NCBI GenBank assembly: GCA_024704765.1
Contig: JAKMXF010000320.1
Location: 1 to 64,000 of the forward strand
Length of the DNA stretch: 64,000 nt
Direction of reading: 5' to 3'
Source: Oopsacas minuta
Taxonomy: Eukaryota; Animalia; Porifera
A program made the position numbers and the translations under genes. Position 1 is the first letter of the stretch. The number at the start of each line of letters is the position of its first letter. This document shows positions 61,072-64,000 of this stretch, in pieces. The notes below the pieces were generated by a model. It did not search any database, had not been told where the DNA came from, and saw only the letters and a list, made by a program, of their open reading frames with translations.

Positions 61072-61816
61072 CTGCTATGGTTCATAGAACATTACCGCGC
61101 TTCACTTCCTAGGTCGCTGCGCGACAGCTTAGTGCTCCGGGTTATTTTAAGTAATAATTATTAATTACTTTAACAGCTAAATTTTGTAGTATTATTGGTC
61201 GCTACTAGGATTGCCAGATTTTCCAAATTCCAAACTCGGACAAAATTTCTTCCCGACAATCAGTGGTGTCTTTTTGGGTCAGGGACCTAGAGCTACGGGG
61301 CGGATACCTATTTCTTTTCCCGGAAATTTTGCACCAATGTTTTTCAAGAAAAGTTTTAAATTCCCTGAGAGCACTACTTCAACTTGTTCACCGGCGAGCT
61401 CGTTAAACTATCGCACAACAGAAAGCTGTGTTCTTTAACGTTTACTTGTGTAATCTTGGGAATTGTTAGTTTACTATTCCTGAACAACAACCATATGTAA
61501 TTATATCAAACTTTGTGTCATTGGAAAACATCCATTGTCGCTTAGGAATCAACCACAATAGTAAATTTGTGGTAACTGAGTTCTGTCAACAAGATATGAA
61601 AGCGGTTAGAAAGTGCCTAGCAAGTAGACCGCATTCAATGTAGGAAATCGTTCCAAAAATAATTCCTCGTTCTATCCATAGAATGATAATATAATTACAC
61701 ATAATGTCCAAAAAATGTAGAGTCAAATATGTGTGTAATTATTGAATTATACAATAGGTTTTCTAATTTTAACAATACATTTAGTTATTTGATTAAGTTT
61801 TAGGTAATCCAAAGAC

Positions 61817-63904
61817 ATGTCATCCGCCTTCAATAAACTAATTTCTGACACCGCTGCTGATTCCAGAGCTCAGCCTATTACAAATCATTCAGATCGTCCC
61901 CAACTAAGATGCTACAAGATAAAGCACGGTGGTAAGGAGGTTACATTTACTGTTGATTCTCGCTACAAGCCTGACTCAAGTATTGGGATGGGGGCTTACG
62001 GAGTTGTTTGTTCTGCCCTTGATACTGTTACCAATAAACAGGTTGCTATAAAGAAATTGCCTGACCCTTTCAGTCGATTGGCCTCCGCTAAGCGTGCTCT
62101 TCGAGAGATTAATATCCTGACACATTTCGAGCATGAGAATATTATTTGTGCTCGCGATTTTTTACGACTAACTGGACGTGACATTTATATAAAACTTGAT
62201 CTAATGCAGACAGACCTCCAGCAGGTAATCAATACAAACCAACTCACTGATGAACATATCAAGTATTTCTCCTATCAGATGCTGAAAGCACTTAAGTATA
62301 TCCACTCTGGTAACATAGTACATAGAGACCTGAAACCATCGAACATTTTAGTTGACGAGAACTGTAATATCAAGATTGGAGACTTCTCGCTAGCTCGTGA
62401 CGTAAAATCCCAGCGACCAGACTTTGTTTGTTCTCGAGCAGATAATACCCTCACAGAATACGTAGCTACTCGATGGTATCGAGCTCCTGAACTCATGATG
62501 AATGTAGGTCCTCACACATGTGCTCTAGATATCTGGTCGCTGGGGTGTATCATGGCTGAGCTGATCAACGGCAAGACCCTCTTCCCAGGGACCTCATATC
62601 TGAATGAACTTCAGCTTATTCTCAGTGTGACAGGCACTCCAAAGAAACCTCTTCTGGAGAGAATGCGACAAGATAAAGTCAGAGAGTATATTCAGTCTCT
62701 GCCGGAGCAGAAACGCACGCGACTTTCTTCTCTCTTTCCTTCAGCTCCTGGTGAGTGTGTAAGTTTGGTAGACAAAATGCTCCTTCTAGACCCAGAAGAG
62801 AGGTGTACAGCCGAAACAGCTCTAAAGCACAGATACTTACGTGTACATCACAATCCGCTTGTGGAAGCTGTATGTTTAAAACATTTCAATTTCTCCTTTG
62901 AGAAAGACTTTACCTCTCCTGAGTTGATCAAACAAGCTGCCCTAGAAGAGATTAGAGGTTTCTACATGCGTAAGAACAAGAAAGGAAATATAAATGATAC
63001 TCTCAAGATTCTCACAGAAGTACTTAATCAGAGAGATTTTTCTACTTCGCAGCCTCCTCCTGACAGGCGATTTAAACCAAAGCGAGACAACTCATGTAAT
63101 CGAGTACTCTCTCCCAACCCTTCTACCCACATACCCTCACCCGAAACAAAGAGACACAAAATTGAACCACATCTTCGAAATGTGAATAATGCCTCCTCTC
63201 AGACATCTCTCTACCTGACTAATCAATCCAACTCCCCCTACTATCCTGATGACGTCATCCAAATGCCTCAAAAGAACACAAGAACGATTGGCACTCAGAC
63301 ATCTCCCCAGCTGGAGCGACGCTACGATCCAATATATGAATCTGCTCCATCTAATTCATATTCCATGTCACCTGCACCTAATTACCCTCCTTATACGCAA
63401 GAAGTATCCCACTTGAACTCTCCTTTCCTCGATCAAACATATCCTGAATTCTTCCCTCCTGTAGACTACTATGAAGAGGTTCCTAACCATGAGTGGATTG
63501 ACATTCCATACCAGCCTAGTTCTTGTAACCAAGGTTACGCTATTGGGTATGAGATATCTCCTTCTATCAACTCTTATATCCCTAGTAATAATAACTCTTC
63601 CTATTTTTTTGAGCCGAAGCTTCCTGACTTCCCTGTGCCTCCTCTTACTAACGTATCTTCTGAACACAGTTCTGACTGTGATCCCACCACTGGACAACCA
63701 GACATACTCTCTATGCCTCCTCCTACTCCGCCTCAATTCCAGATGGGACTACAACCTGTCCCTGTCCACATCCCTAAAGACACCTCAAACTCCCTTTTGA
63801 CTCATTGGCTTAACAGCGACCTTGCTTACCCACAAGATTTGCCAGATTTAGAGGATTGCTGTTATGACGTCATAAATGACTTATTCGCTGATATATTTCC
63901 ATAG
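61817..63904 (+). CDS. MAPK7: MAP kinase ERK5/MAPK7-like, 695 aa, intronless, with a long Pro/Ser-rich tail
   Basis: Motifs IGMGAYGVVCSA, VAIKK, HRDLKPSN and TEYVATRWYRAPE. The C-terminal SLLTHWL resembles the ERK5 tail motif SLLADWL as recalled. DFG is replaced by DFS. Confidence 0.8.
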   Translation: MSSAFNKLISDTAADSRAQPITNHSDRPQLRCYKIKHGGKEVTFTVDSRYKPDSSIGMGAYGVVCSALDTVTNKQVAIKKLPDPFSRLASAKRALREINILTHFEHENIICARDFLRLTGRDIYIKLDLMQTDLQQVINTNQLTDEHIKYFSYQMLKALKYIHSGNIVHRDLKPSNILVDENCNIKIGDFSLARDVKSQRPDFVCSRADNTLTEYVATRWYRAPELMMNVGPHTCALDIWSLGCIMAELINGKTLFPGTSYLNELQLILSVTGTPKKPLLERMRQDKVREYIQSLPEQKRTRLSSLFPSAPGECVSLVDKMLLLDPEERCTAETALKHRYLRVHHNPLVEAVCLKHFNFSFEKDFTSPELIKQAALEEIRGFYMRKNKKGNINDTLKILTEVLNQRDFSTSQPPPDRRFKPKRDNSCNRVLSPNPSTHIPSPETKRHKIEPHLRNVNNASSQTSLYLTNQSNSPYYPDDVIQMPQKNTRTIGTQTSPQLERRYDPIYESAPSNSYSMSPAPNYPPYTQEVSHLNSPFLDQTYPEFFPPVDYYEEVPNHEWIDIPYQPSSCNQGYAIGYEISPSINSYIPSNNNSSYFFEPKLPDFPVPPLTNVSSEHSSDCDPTTGQPDILSMPPPTPPQFQMGLQPVPVHIPKDTSNSLLTHWLNSDLAYPQDLPDLEDCCYDVINDLFADIFP

Positions 63905-64000
63905 AAATGAATTCGTGTCTCACTCAATACTATTACATTAGATGTATACTTTTCTAATTCACTATTTCATAATTGTGTGTATTGTACAGTTTTACAACAG

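Noticed and set aside
63368-63800. Overlapping 122-aa and 109-aa ORFs
   Set aside because: They are alternative-frame and antisense shadows of the MAPK7 low-complexity tail.

Overview
Eukaryotic, AT-rich animal genomic DNA with GT-AG introns. The gene style resembles a compact sponge genome such as a glass sponge, but that is inference. Left to right, the genes are: two tandem 5-exon DUF4140/DUF4139 (F37C4.5/MuiA-family) paralogs, the first frameshifted; an espin-like ankyrin gene; RPLP2; an orphan ORF; a Borealin-like gene with a decayed duplicate; an intronless DHX15-like helicase; an 11-exon kinesin-3 (KIF1/unc-104) with a 1-nt frameshift in exon 1; a 3-exon OGFOD2/ICU11-like dioxygenase hosting an antisense NHL-repeat pseudogene; and then intronless genes for a tandem RlaP-like nucleotidyltransferase, a PHOSPHO-type HAD phosphatase, a bacterial/fungal-type TPR protein, a PRSS23-like protease, a MATE transporter and MAPK7/ERK5. 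Non-coding DNA is rich in foldback/MITE elements, Helitron-like repeats and one decayed DD41D mariner. No rRNA, tRNA or CRISPR array was found. The strongest leads are: (1) the DUF4139 pair, near-identical on both sides of a sharply bounded hypervariable cassette; (2) the active-plus-pseudo RlaP nucleotidyltransferase and its neighbours; (3) a perfect 33-bp inverted copy of the MATE start codon region capping an older hairpin; (4) plant-ICU11-like and bacterial-type TPR genes. All family calls come from motif recognition, not database searches.
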